The translations under genes and the position numbers were made by a program. Under the pieces are notes generated by a model. It saw only the letters and a list, made by a program, of their open reading frames with translations, was not told the DNA's origin and did not search any database. From the human T2T-CHM13v2.0 reference genome, Homo sapiens, in the NCBI RefSeq assembly GCF_009914755.1, contig NC_060942.1: a stretch of DNA of 64,000 nt, one strand, 5' to 3'. Positions 15,344-30,858 of this stretch are shown here, in pieces (position 1 is the stretch's first letter; every line of letters begins with the position of its first letter).

Positions 15344-15926
15344 GAATGAATACTGGAAAAGACACCTTTCATGGGTATCCAGATATCCAAGAAGAAATCA
15401 CAGTGCTGTTTAAAACAAAATTAAGCCATTAGGGAAAGTTTTTGTCTCATTTTTCCCTCCTATCTGTTGAGTCCTTACCAGGTATAGGAACTGTGCTTTA
15501 CATGTATTCTCATTTCATTTTCATCAACCCCCTACAAAGTAGATGACATGCTTTCTCTGTCAAGCATATGAGGAAACCAAGATTTTACAAAGTTTCCATC
15601 TCTTTCATAAGGAAAGCCGGAACTGACAGAGTATGGGGGCTGGGGACGGGATCTCTTCCGATTGCCATTTACTCATTGAAATAAGTTTTCATCTGAGCGG
15701 GGACAGAGAGTGGTTAATGGAGGTAGAAGGAGGTAAGAGAAAAGGGAAAATCAGTTTTCCTAAAATGTAATGTCTGTCATATTATTCTCCTGCTCAGCAG
15801 GACTTTCCTTGTCTAAGAATTATGTACCCACTTCTCAGCTTTGCCTCCAAGGCATTCCACAGAATGACACCAGGGTTTCACTATAGGCAGCTTATGCCTT
15901 ATTTGGTTTTCTAAGCATTTTTTGAA

Positions 15927-16378
<452 letters not shown>

Positions 16379-17899
16379 CTAATTATAAATAAACTGAAAT
16401 GCATAGCCATGTGGTAGTAATTCTAAGAGTCAAGAGTTAATTCTTGTGTCTTATCAAAATGAAATGTTAAGGAAGCATCAAGTCAGTGGCCTAAAGTTGG
16501 ATAGATTAACAAAAGGCTTTTCTATTTTCTGTTCATCTAAGTCAACCTCAAATATTACAGATATTTTTTAAAGAACTACTTATTTTTAAAGGACTAAGAA
16601 TTATTTTCAAAGAAGTATGTCTTCAAGCATCATGAGCAGAATGAAAGGCCGAATGCTCTCCTTGTGACAAAGTGAGTGGACAGACCCATCCGCAGTGCAG
16701 CATGCCTATCACCAGCCACCAGCGCAGTCCAAAGTTACATGATTGAAAAAGAAATTTGCACCTGATTGAAGATGCTTTGGGCTCAGTTTTGCTGTCCTCT
16801 CCCCACAGAAGTCTAAGCTGTTCAGACTGCTCAAGATAACACTTCACACAGTTTAGGAATTGTGGTTTATGTCGAACGCCAATCTATATCAGCTTTCATA
16901 ACATTTAATATGGTGGGGGGAGTGATAGGTGTTTGAGAAATTAAGCAAAACCATAAATTTTCTCTTGGTATGTATAGTATATACAAGGAGAGCTTTCGAG
17001 TACCTTCTTCCTAGTGTTCTCTCTTAACTCTTGATGTGAGTGAAAAGCTTCATCCATTGCATGACACAGACTAGGTCATTGTGTTTGAATTCCTTGGGTT
17101 GGGGAGAAGTATGGTAGAGTCTTTCTCCTCACTTCAGAAATCAAAAGAAAGTACAGTACCTGCTTGGTAGGTATTCCTTGAAAGTTGCCAGCACTTTTGG
17201 CTAGACAGCTCCCAGATAAGCAGATGGCTTCTTTAATGATGAAACCCCACTTTTCTACAATGCTAATTAGTTAGAGAAAGATAATTTGAAAGTCTGCTGT
17301 ACATTGCAGGAAATGTCTTTTGTGTCTGTGTCATTTGCTTCTAAGAATCATGCAACTGCCACCTGAGTAGGCTCCAGTTTTCTCTTTTTATTTAAATCTT
17401 GTGACTCTTCAATCACAAGAAAAGGGGAAAGACAGTCAATGAGGAAAAGGAGAACCCTCTTTCAGGATGAAACACTCAATTACAAGTGCAGCTATATTTC
17501 TGTTTTCAAAAATCAGCCTTATTGTTATGTTTTGAACTATACATTTGGAACAGTCTCTTCAGTGGCTTCATATGGCGTGTGCATCTCAATTCATTTCTCT
17601 ACAGATTGCCATTGAGACTTGGAAAAACCAGATTGCCCATTTGAAAGCTGGTTCTGACTCAGCTTGTCAAGCCAGCCATCCTGGTCAGAATGTATTGGGG
17701 AAAAAAATGAATAAAAGTAACAGAGACCTGGATTTTTATTCTGATCCCACACTTGATTCATTTGTGACCCAGGGCAAGTCACATAACCTTTTATATATGA
17801 TTCCTTATTTGTTATGTGGCATAATATGGTTCATCCCTACCTTACTTATTTGTTGAATAAACCCTTCATCCTGTAGAATTCCCCCACATTCCAAACTCA

Positions 17900-19310
17900 C
17901 TGATGCATTCTTATGGTGTCATTTAACGCGTCCCTCGGTTATCTGGACTTGCTGTGAACTGGGGCTAGCACTAGAGGATTAATTGATTCAACTTTCTTAT
18001 TTTGGTAAGAATTTTTCATAAGTAGTGTTCTGTACTTCCTCTTGCATTACATTAGGAAGCATATAAGGCTGAACTTGATTACCGAGTTGCAGTTTTGCCA
18101 ACCTCATCCATCCATTTTAAAGTTCCACATCAGCCCTTCACTTAATGGTTTTTTAAGCTACTGGTGATGATTGCCTGATACATTATTTTATTAGGGATTT
18201 CAAAATGGTGACATCTTAATTCTGTCATTCCTTCTGTATTTATTAAGTGTCATTCTCTACTCACCTGCTAGGTTACTGTGAAATGCAGTTCATATAGGAA
18301 ACTCAAGATAAATGTCTGAAGTTTATTCTTCTTATTTACCAATTTCAGAATGAGTTGGTGCCTTAGGATTTTGTAAGATGACCAGTAGTGTCATTATCAG
18401 TGATTTTAACATATGTGATATGTTTGAATATTTTAGAGTAATTACTGTTTGGATGTTCAGAGTATCTCACCTTTGGCCAATAGGAGTTCATTCAAGTTGT
18501 CTCTTGTGTTTTTTTTTTAACATAACCCCAAAACTTTGGAGATCTTCTGGTACAACAGGATGTTCTTAGCTCATCTTCTGTATTGTCTGCCCCATGGCTG
18601 GAATCAGTCATTTCTCTAATAAACCCTGGTTTCTTTTACTGGAAAATGGCATTTAGAGACCACAATCTGACCACAAGGGGAGCTCATTGAAGTGGGTCAG
18701 CCGTTGCTTCTAGGCTCACATCAGCCACTTTCACCATCGGTAGCCCTGCTGTCTGCTTACCTGACATGCCAGCAGCTAACTCATCCCCTTTGTCTGTGTT
18801 CACTAAGCAGAGAAAGACCATTGGTAAATAGTGAAATATAAGAGAATATCTTTATGACCTCAGGGTAGGGAACGTCCTAAAATCATAATAGACTTAATTG
18901 ATACATTTGAGTATATCAAAATTATAAATTTCTGTATACCAAAAGATAACCATAAACAAAATTTCAAACAAGCTATAGATTAGGAGAAAACATTTCTAAT
19001 ACTTATATGTCAAAGTATCAGTAGCCTAAATATAATGAATTTGTAGACATCAACAAACAATAACAACCCAATAGAAAAAGGGATATAATATATAAACAGA
19101 CAACTACAGAATAGGAATATAGGCTGAATAACATTTGAAAAGATGTGAAACCTCACATATAATCAAGTATATGCAAATCAACAAATTATAAGATGCCATC
19201 TTTTCACCCATCAGATTGAGGAACGTTTCTGTAACAGATAGCAAATGTTGGCAAATGTGTGGTTAAAAAAAAATGCATCACTCCGTTAACATAACACAAC
19301 TTTGGTGATG
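17900..19310. mobile_element. Old L1MC-like (minus) and L1ME-like (plus) fragments
   Basis: Degenerate L1 motifs (ggaatcagtcatttctctaataaaccctggtt; aacaacccaatagaaaa...tcacccatcagattg). Confidence 0.6.
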
Positions 19311-19792
19311 CTTTTGAGACTTCATTTTAATTTTTGAAAAAGCAATCCCTTCTGTTCCCCATCATTCCCACCTAGCCCCCAATATCCCCCCCACACACAT
19401 ACATACAAACACAAATAAATAGCATGTAAAGGCCAAATCGTTTGCTTTCTACATTCTTATTAACAAGTAAGAACCTTTCACTACCAGTATACTCAAGTTC
19501 TGCAATATAGCTAGTTCATCTTGAGATCTATATCTGTGAAACAAGAAATTCAGAATCAGAGCTAAAGATTTTTAAAGTGTGATTTTTATATTTTTCCTAG
19601 GAGAAAAGGGCATTTTTTACAATAAAGTGACAGTTGTTTAGGATAAATTAATAAGAAAATGTAGGCCCTTGTTGGGAAGAATTGTTGATAGATGGGTGTT
19701 TTAGAAAAGCCAAATGGTTAGTCAAATGACCACAGAAATGCCTGTAGGAAATAAAATATTAAAATTCTGAACACTGTTTGATTATATGCCTT

Positions 19793-20360
19793 GTATTAGT
19801 TTCCTGTTCCTGCTGTAAATAAATTCCTACAAACCTAGTGGCTTAAAGCAAAATAATTATCTTATAGTTGAGTAGGTTAGAAGTCTGACACAGGTTTTGC
19901 TTGGCTAAAGTCAAGGTGTCAGCAGGGCTGTGTTCCTTTCTGGGACTCTAAGAGAGAATTCATTTCCTGGCCTTTTTTCCACTTCTGGAGACTACCCGCA
20001 TTCCTTGGCTTGTGGCCCCTTCCTCATCTCCAAAGGCAGGAAGGGTGGGTTGAGTGCTCCTCACACCCATCATTCTGACCTGCTGTTTTGCCTCTTAAGG
20101 TGTCATGTGATAACACTGGCCCACTTGGATAATTTAGGATAATCTTCCTTTTTTAAAGTTAGCTTATTAGCAACCTCAATTCCAACCACAGCTTTAATTT
20201 CATTTTGCCAAGTAATGTACCAGATTGGTGCAAAAGTAATTGCGACTTTTGTCGTTACTTTTAATGGCAAAACCACAATTACTTATGCACCAACCTAATA
20301 AAATATATTCACAGGTTTCGAGATTAGTAGGTGGACGCCTTCAGGAGACCATTCTGCCCA
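19793..20360 (-). mobile_element. MLT1-type MaLR LTR containing a MADE1 insertion
   Basis: tgtattagtttcctg...gtcaaggtgtcagcagggctgtgttcctttctgg...atattcacaggtt. Confidence 0.75.
20220..20298. mobile_element. MADE1 (Hsmar1-derived MITE)
   Basis: ~80-bp palindrome ttggtgcaaaagtaattgcg...caattacttatgcaccaacctaa flanked by TA. Confidence 0.92.
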
Positions 20361-21674
20361 GTGAATGGGATCTGGGCCCTCCAAAAAGAGACATCCTTTT
20401 CTGGGTTATCATTCATGCACCTGAAGCAACCTCTTTTAGTTACTGCTTTCCATGCCAGTTACCAGGGCTCCTGAACAAACAGGAAGTATTTACTCACACA
20501 TAAATAATCAGCATCTATGTTTTTAACTTGGAATAGAAAGGTTTTTTAAAAAAAATTTTCATCCTTTGTGTTTATGAGATGCTTGGATACTTAATTCTGC
20601 ACATCCAAGGGATCACTTGGATTTTATGAAGTCAGTGCTTAAAGTGGGATCCAGAATATGCAATTTTATCAGGCCCCCATTGTCCTATGTGCAGACATCA
20701 GTGGCTTGCCTTGTTTCTATTACATAGAGACATTCCAGAATTTTTTAGCGAGTTTAACAAACATCATCAAGAGGAAAGTGGAGGTAGTGTTCCAATATGA
20801 CATGCATTAAAAATTCTTCTCTTTCTCACTTATATTTATAGTCTGATAGAGGATCAACAGTATACCAATTTAATCTTGCTGCAGAGTGACATTTTTGAAA
20901 CCATTAAATTTCCAGATAATGTGCACATGTGGAATTCAGCAGCATAAGCCAGCTGTGAGTGGGGACCCACTATCACTAATGTCACTTGATTCCCATCTTG
21001 CTTGACTATGGATTGTACCAGTTTCATATTTCTTGCACTGTCACCGGTTCCAGCCCCTCTGGATTCATATTGCTGTGATGTGAGAAATAAAACTAAACAA
21101 AATATTACTAAGGATGACAGATACTACATCTATTATTTTTATGGCTGACTTATTTCAGTGTTTAAAAATCTTCGGTTGGTTTGGGGAATGGCGTTAGGCG
21201 CTCACGTGAGCTGTGGGTTACTCCCAAGTGGAGGGTGTTGTTTCAGGAGGGATCTATTTGCAGGTGGATATTGGAGGGCAGAATGCCTCTTATGTGCAGG
21301 TCTTGCCACACTGTGTGTTCAGAGGAGCCCAGCTGAAGACACGGTGGAACTGATCTGTATGGGGCACTCCTGCTCCAGGCCCAGGGACTGATAGAAAATG
21401 AGAGGGAAAGGAGGAAACAGAGCTCACAAGTTTTTCCTTGGTGGGAACGATATCTAAGGGACTTAGGGAAGGTGCCCCAGCCAGATATATAATGAGAGAC
21501 AGTGATGATTAAGTGCATTTCAAGATCGACCCAAAGGCTTTTTTCCAGGGCTGTTATATTGTCATATGAATAACATTAAATTCAAGTTATAAATGAAGTT
21601 GTTTTAAAATATGTGTATATGTGTGTGTATATGTATTTATATTCCTCTTTATCATTTAGAAAAAATCAGAAATA

Positions 21675-22182
<508 letters not shown>

Positions 22183-23654
22183 TCATGCCTCTCTCTTATG
22201 CACAATTATGTTTATCATATATTTTTTATGATCAGGAAGTAAGGTATTAAGATTAATCAGACAAGCAGAATAAGAACAAACAAATGTTTGGTGAGCGCCT
22301 ACCACATGCCAGGCACTTTCTAACAGGAGATGTTAGAACAGAAGAGGCATAAAGCCCTGTCCTCACCCAGCTGGCACGTGATGTTTGCCCAGGAGCATAG
22401 TAAAATACCTGTTGGCTAAGAACAAAAACAGTGGCTTCCAAGTACGTAAGGATAATGCTTACTAACCAGAGATTCTTTTGAAATTAAAGAGTAGGAAAAT
22501 GTTTCCTTTTGATCCATTGAACACTCTACAGTTAGAAAACTTTAGGTACTCGTGCCCTCTCCAGAAAGCAGCAGGCTCTTTTCTTAATTTTTTAGTTCTG
22601 AAAATAAAAATTATTTAACATATAAGGATATTGGGTGTATTTTTTATCTCACATGTTGGTTTAGCATATGATTCCTTGAACTTTGTTGCCATAAATAACA
22701 TCATCATGATTCTTTTGTTTATTGTAATTTAATTATCATCTCAGAGTCATGCAAGACATTTGTGTCATGGTTTTGAGGTGATCATAGATACATGTAATTT
22801 CAACTTGTTTTAAAAGAAAGCCAATCTTTTCCAAATATTTGATTTTCAACTTGTAAGTTTGAGAAAGACTAATTTTTATTATATTTGTATAATATGACTA
22901 TTATTTGAACCTCTTCAACATGAAGTACACATGGTTATATATATATGTGTGTATACACACATGTACCAAGAGATCTTGACAGTTACTTGCTGAAGAGATC
23001 CACACACCTCTTTGCTTCTTTTGCTCTGGTGCAAGTTCATTTGCAGACACCTTTCCTCACCAGTGACTCATCGTGTGGTGTTGTTACCACTAGGTCATCT
23101 GAAATAAAGTTGTAGCCTAAAGCGATATGTAAATAAAACCCATACCCGTTTCTCAATTGGTGAGGTAGGAAGATACATATCCAAGTCCTTCTGTCTGGTT
23201 TCTTTTTAGCCTATCAGCCTTTCTAAGAGTCCTTCAGTCTGTCATTTGATATAACCCCATGGTGTAAAGAGGTGAACTCTACAACAGAGGCCCAACAAAG
23301 ATAAAAACCCTGACTTGTCTTAAAAAAAACTGTTTTTTTGTGATAAATGTATGTCTGTTAACTAGTGAATGAAGAACAGAGAGTGGCTGGGTAGGTAGTG
23401 TGTGCCATAGTTTGTTGTCTCTAGAGTGGGCTTCTTAAGTGATGATACAGTTAGCGATGTTAGAAGAACACTTTCACCTCAGTCAACAGCTATAAAGTCC
23501 AAGCTGGGAACTTTATGGACAGTGTCCAGACATAAGCAACCATAAGTGTAGCTAGTGATGCCAATAGATTCCAGATTCCCAGGATCATTTTATCTCAACA
23601 TGGGAAAATAATGCCAGATGTCTAAAGTTCTCTAGCCATGTGGCCATGGACAGC

Positions 23655-23810
23655 TTAGCACCACTGTGCCTCAGTTTCCTTCTCTGGAAGATAGGGATAA
23701 TAATGGCAGTTTCCTCATTGGGCTTTTGTAAGAGTTAAACGAATTAATGAACATAAAGTGCCTGGCATGGCTAATCTGAAGCCCTACATAAATTTTTGTA
23801 ATTACTATTT
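23655..23810 (+). mobile_element. MIR fragment
   Basis: MIR core ctgtgcctcagtttccttctctggaagatagggataataat. Confidence 0.7.
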
Positions 23811-25639
23811 TCATGTTGTATTTCTGTCAACTGTTGCAGTGCTGGTTCTTTTGAATTGGAATAATTAAATATCAGACCACTATGTTTCTTTCTTAAAATT
23901 TTACCTTTAAATGCAACAGGATCTGCTAATTCTTACAGATCCATCTTTAATGTGACAACCTCTTATTCATTCTGGTTTATTTAAGTGGATCTTGTAATTT
24001 GGTATAATATATGCATTGTTTGACTAAACCAATAATAATTTCATCCCTTCTTTAATAAAAAATAAACACTTATTCTTCTTACCAGCTCCTACTGCAGCCC
24101 TTAATTAAGTCTAAGCACACACGTAATTGTAGATGCCAGGACCAAAGAGCCATTTACCCTTTCATTCTTAGTTTATATGTGATTTACCTTTCCATGAGTT
24201 TTGCTATCCCTGTAGTATTTGAAAAACACCTTTTCTGTGGCCAACAGTGATCTTTGGCTCAGTGCTAATAAGCATTTCCCCAGTGACAATCTGTTGACAT
24301 AACCTAGCATGGCAGGGTCTATCACAGAGTGTGGGGGTAATCAGGCTCTGGGGAACCATGGCCTGTGACCTTGAATGGCAATAGACCAGGACTGGGAGGA
24401 GCATCCATATTGAATCCACTGATACCCAAGGCAAACGGGCCCATCCATCCTGCTCCTCTCCCAATTGCCACTCAGTCCAGTTTCAGAGCGGGAAACTGGA
24501 GGAGGAGTGATTTCTTCTTCCTTCCAGCCAGGTGGCAATTTGTTCTCCTAGTTGGCAGCAATTTGTCCTGCAGCTCTCCCATAGGACACATTACTGAAGA
24601 GTTCATTCTTCACCATGGTTTCTTTATCGGTTGTGATTCATACCCATCATAAACATAATAACTTGCCAAGAGGTTTTTCTTCCATTTCCCTTATTTCCAT
24701 TTCATACTTTTAAACATTTTTACTGTAGAAAAGAAATACTCAGGAAATAGTAGAGTATAATAACCATTCCTTTAATTTGAATTCAGCGCGCATTTCTCTC
24801 CTGTCCTACCTTTATTCTACTTTACAGTTTTTGAGCTATGACAGTTTTTCTCCCTCCAATTATTTTTCTAAACAGTATTGCAATGTTTAATAAACTATTT
24901 TTAGAGCAGTTTTTGTTTCACCACATAAGTGAGCAGAAAATACGGAGTTCCCATATAGTTCTAACACCCCCCTGCCAACACACACACACAGTATCCTCAT
25001 TTATCATAATCCGTGAGGCTCTATTGCCACATCATTATCACCAAAGGCTGTAGTTCACATCAGGGTTCATTCTTCATAATGCACCTACTATGGGTTTGAC
25101 AACTCTATAATGACAGGCATCCTTCATTATAGTATCATATAAATAAGATCACAGCCTAGAACCTCCTCTGTGCTCTGCCTGTTTATCCCTCCCTTTCCGT
25201 TAACCTTTGACAATCACTAATCCTTTTACTGTCTTCATAGTCTTGCCTCTTCCAGAGTGTTATGTAGTTGGAATAATAAAATATTAGGTCAGTGCAAAAG
25301 CAATTGCATTTTTTGCCATTATGTAGCCTTTCAGATTGACATCTTTCACTTAGTGACACACGTTTAAGTTTCCTCCATGCCTGTTCATGGCTTCATAGCT
25401 TATTCCTTTGTAACACTGAACAATATTCCATTGTCTAAATGTACCACAGTTTAGCCATTCACCTATTGAAGGACAGCTTGGTTTCTTCCAAATTGTCAGT
25501 TATGGATAAAGCTATATGAACATCTCTATGGAGGTTTTGTGTGAGCATAAGTTTTCAAATCCTTTGGGTAAATAGCAAGGAGCATAACTGCTGGATCATA
25601 TGGGAAGAATATGTTAATGTTGTAGGAAACTGACAAACT

Positions 25640-26352
25640 GTTTTTCTTTTTTTTGAGATGGAGTCTCACTCTGTCACCCAGTGACAGTGCAGTGGTACGA
25701 TCTTGGCTCACTGCAATGTCTGCCTCCCAGGCTCAAGCCATTCTCCTGCCTCAGCCTCCTAAGTAGCAAGTACCAGAGATGGGGTTTCACCATGTTGGCA
25801 AGGCTGGTCTCAAACTCCTGACCTCAAATGATCCACCCACTTTTGTGAAGCTCCCCACGACCCTATATTGGACTGAACAAAAGAGGACGAACGTGGGAAT
25901 AGAAGACAAAGACAAAAGAGTATATTTGGAAGAAGGGGTCAGGGGGCACCTTGCTTCTAGTGAACAAGGGCCCTGAGCTGTACACAGCCTTCCATATTTA
26001 TTAGGCAAAAGAGATAGCAAGGAGGGGGGTGGTGGTTGTCAGGTAATTGTCAGTCGGCCATTTGGTTCACAGCAGGCTTGTGAGACTGCATTCCTGGAAC
26101 AATGGGTACTAGATGTCTCAGGAGATAACTTCAAGGAGTCCCGCACCAGGAAGTGATGGTCCTCAGCAAACCTTTTGGCGACAGGAGCAGTTTGAGTTTG
26201 CCCACATCCTGCATTCATGATAAACAGTTTGCTGTTTGATCATATAGCCTCCAGTGGAATGCTGAGCTAGTCACAATCCCTTTGCCGGCACACTACACAC
26301 CTTGGCCTCCCAGAGTGCTGGGATTACAGGCGTAAGCCACTGTGCCTGGCCC
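25640..26352 (-). mobile_element. Alu (internally deleted) interrupted by LTR22
   Basis: TSD caaactgtttttc on both sides; Alu sequence resumes caccttggcctccc at 26298. Confidence 0.88.
25844..26297 (-). mobile_element. LTR22 (HERV-K22/HML-5) solo LTR
   Basis: TG...CA termini, 6-bp TSD cacttt/cacctt, motif catcctgcattcatgataaacagtttgctgtttgatcatatagcctccag. Confidence 0.85.
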
Positions 26353-29300
26353 AAACTGTTTTTCAAAGTGGCTATGTCCTTTTGCATTCCTATCAACAAT
26401 GAATGAGGAGTCTTGTTGCTCTATATTCTTACCAGCAGTTGGTGATGTCAGTGTTTTTTAGATTTTGGCCTTATAACAGATGTGTGGTGGTATCTTGTTG
26501 TTCTGATTTGCATTTTCCTTATAACATATGGTGCAGAGCATCTTTTTATATGCTCGTTTGCTATGTGTACATCTTTGGTGAGGCATCAAGGTCTCTGGCC
26601 CATTTTTTAATCCCATTGTTTGTGTTCTTATTGTTCAGTTTTAAGAGTTATTTGAACATTATGGATACCAGTTCATTACCAGGTATGTCTTTTACAAATA
26701 TTTTCTCCAAGTTTATGGCTTCTTTCTTGACAGTGTCTTTCACAGAGCAGGAATTTTTATTGGAAAGATGTCTATCTTATCATTTTTTTTCATGGATTAT
26801 CCCTTTAATATTTTAACTGAAAAGTCATTGCCATATCCAAGGTCATCTAGATTTTCTCCTATGTTATCTTCTAGGAGTTTCATAGTTTTGCATTTTACAT
26901 TTAGGTCTATAATCCATTTTGAGTTAATTTTTGTGAAGGGTGTAAGGCCTGTGTCTAGATTCATTTTTCTGCATGTGGATGTCTAGTTGTTCCACCACCA
27001 TTTGTTGTCCATTGTAGTACCCTTGCTTCTTTGCCAGTTGATCGTATTTATGTAGGTTTCTTTCTGTTCTCTCTCTTCTGTCCTAGTGATCTGTTTGTCT
27101 CTTATTTCACCAATACCACACTGTCTTGATTACTGTAGCTTTATAGTAAGTCTGGAAGTCAGGTAGTATCAATCTTCCAACTTTTTTCTAATCAGTATTG
27201 TGTTGGCTATTCTGGGTCTTTTGCCTCTCCATATAGAATCAGTTTGTTATTAACCCTAAATAAGTTTCTAGGATTTTGATTAGGATTGCACTGAATCTAT
27301 AGATCAATTTGGGAAGAATTGACATGTGGACAATATTAAATCTTTCATTTATTTAGTTCTTTGATTTCTTTCATCAGAATTTTACAGTTTTCCTCTATAC
27401 TTTTTGTACGTATTTGTTAGATTTATGCCTAATTATTTCACTTTTGGAGATGCTAATGTAAATGGTATTACGTCTTTAATGTCAAATTACAGTTGCTCAT
27501 TGCTGGTATATAGGAAAGTATTGACTTTTGTATATTAACCTGGTATCCTGCAACCTTGCTACATTTGCTTATTAGTACTAGGAGCTAATTTTGTTGGTTC
27601 TTTCAGATTTTTTTACACAGACAGTCATGTCATCTGTGAACAAAGAGCGTTTCATTCATTCCTTCTTAACCTGTTGATATTTTCATTTTCTTGTCTTATG
27701 GCATTAGCTAACTGAGACTTCCAAGAGGATATTGAAAAGTATTGGTGAGAGAGGACATTCTGGCCTTGATCCTGGTATTTGTGGGAAAGCTTTTATTTTT
27801 GCAACATTAAGTATAATATTAGCTATAGCGTTTTAGTAGATCTTTTTTTTATCAAGTTGAGGGGTGTTCCCCTCTATTCCTACTTTGCTGAAAACATTTA
27901 TCAAGACTGGGTATTGGATTTTGTCAACTCTTTTTCTGCATCTATTAATATGACCATCTGACTTTTCTTCCATAGCCTGTCAATGTGATGGATTGCATTT
28001 TTTGAGTTTCAAATGTTGAACCAGCCTCCCATACCTGAAATATATTCTACTTGGCCATGGTGTATAATTATTTTTATAAATTGTTGGATTCAATTTGCTA
28101 TACTCTGTTGAAGATTTTTGCATCTGTTTTCATGAGAAATTATGGTTTGCAGTTTTCTGTTTCTGTAATGTCTTCAGTTTTGGTATTAGGGAAATGCTGG
28201 CCTTTTAGAATGAGCTAGGAAGTATTCTCTATTTATGTTCTGGGAGACATGGTAGAGAATTGGTATGATTGCCTTAAATATTTGGTAGAATTTAACAGTG
28301 AAACCATCTGAGCCTGGTACTTCATGTTTTGAAAGGTTATTAATTATTGACTCAATTTTTTAATAGCTATAGGCCTAGTGAGATTGTGTGTTTCTTCTTG
28401 TGTGAGTTTTGGCAGATTACACCTTTCAAGGAACTGGTCTATTTCAACCAGGTCATCAAATTTGTAGGTATAGAGTTGTTCGTAATATTCTTTATTATCT
28501 TTTTAATGTCCATGGGATCTGTAATAATGTCCCCTCTTTCATTTCTAATATGAGTAATCTGTGTCTTCTTTTTTTTTTTTTTTTTTTTTTTAGCCTGGCT
28601 AGAGGTGTATCAATTTTACTAATCTTTTCAACCAGTTTTTAGTTTTGTTAATTTTTTTCTATTGACTTCTTGTTTCTGTTTCATTGATTTCTGCACTAAT
28701 TTTTTTTTATTTTCTTCTACCTTCTTTAGATTTAATTTTATCTTCTTATTTTAGATTCCGTAGGTGGGAGCTTAGATTATTGGTTTTAGATGTTTCTTTT
28801 TGTCTAATATGTGCATCCAGTGCTACAAATTTCACTCTAAGCACCTCTTTTGCTACATACCACAAATTTTGATAAGTTGTATTTTAATTTTCATTTGGTT
28901 CAAAATATTTTTTAAATTTCTCTTGAGATTTCTTTTTTGACCTGTGTTTTACTTAACATGCATCTTTTATCTTCCAAGTATTAGGGATTTTTCCAGCCAT
29001 TTTCATGTTACTGATTTCTAATTTAATTCCATTGTAGTCTAACAGCAGACACCGTATGATTTCTATTCTTTTTAATTTGTTAAGCTGTGTTTAATGGCTC
29101 ATGATGCGGTCTATCTGGTGAATGTACCCTGTGAACTTGAATATAATGTGTATTCTGCTGCTGGTGGATGAAGGATTCTTAAGATGTCAGTAATATCCAG
29201 TTGATTGATGGTGCTCTTGAATTCAGCCATGTCCTTACTGATTTTCTGCCTGCTGAGCTGTCCATTACTGACAGAGGGGTTGAAATCTCCAACTATAGTA

Positions 29301-29649
29301 GTGGATTCATCTATTTCTCCTTGCAATTCTATCACCTTTTGCCTCATATATTTTGACACTATGGTATAGGTGCATACACGTTAAAAAATTTTATGTCTTC
29401 TTGAAGAATTGACCCTTTTATCCTTATGTAATGCTTTTCTTTATCCCTGGTAATTGTTTTTGCTCTAAAGTCTGCTCTGTCTGAATTTAATACAGCTTAT
29501 TCCAGTTTTCCTTTGATTAGTGTTAGCATGGTACATTTTTCTCCATCTCTTTACTTTTAATCTATGTGTCTTTATATTTAAATAAGTTTCTTGTAGATCA
29601 TATGTAGTTGAGTTGTGTGTTTTAATCTGATAATCTGCCTTTTAATTGG

Positions 29650-29955
29650 TTTATTTTTTATTTATTTTTTTGAGATGGGGTCTTGCTATGTTGCCCAGGC
29701 TGGAGTGAATTGGTGCAATCTTGGTTCGCTGCAACCTCTGCCTCCTGAGTTCAAGCAATCCTCCCAGCTCAGCCTCCCGAGTATTTGTGACTATGGGTGT
29801 GTGCCACTATGTCTGGTTAATTTTTGTATTTTTGGTAGAGACAGGGTTTCACCATGTTGCCCAGGGTGGTCTTGAACCCCTGAGCTCAAGCAGTCCACCT
29901 GCCTCTGCTTCCCAAAGTGCTGAGATTATAGGTGTGAGCCACCTAGTGCATAGCC
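29650..29955 (-). mobile_element. Alu (AluJ-like)
   Basis: Diverged reverse Alu. Confidence 0.85.
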
Positions 29956-30534
29956 TAACGGGTATATTTAGACTACTGACATTTACATGATTATTGATAA
30001 CATTGGATATCTTTTTTTATTACTGTTTTCTATTTGTTGCTCTTATTCTTTCTTTGTTCCTGTTCTTTTACTGCCTTTTTTGGTTTTAATGGAGCATTTT
30101 ATATTATCCCATTTTGTCTTCTTTATTAGTTTAATGTTTTGTTACTTTTTTCAGTGGTTGCCCTAGAGTTCACATATGTTTACAGCTAGTCCAAGTCTAC
30201 TTTCAAATAACACTGTACCACTTCACAGGTAGTGAAAGTTCTTATAATAGCAAAGTATTCCATTTTCCTCTCCTGTCCCTTATCTTATTGCTGTTACTCA
30301 TTTCACTTGTCTATAGCTATAATCATCAAATACTTTGTTGCTGTTATTATTTTGAACAAACTTCTTTCTGCTATATCAATTAAGAATTTTAAAAAATGTT
30401 TTATTTTACTTTTACTAATTCCTTCTCTCATGTTCTTCCTTTCTCTTTGTAGCTCCAAGTTTCTGATCTATCATTTTTCTTCTCTCTGAAGAACTTTTTA
30501 ATATTTTGTAGAAGGCAGATCTGCTGGCAACTGA

Positions 30535-30858
<324 letters not shown>

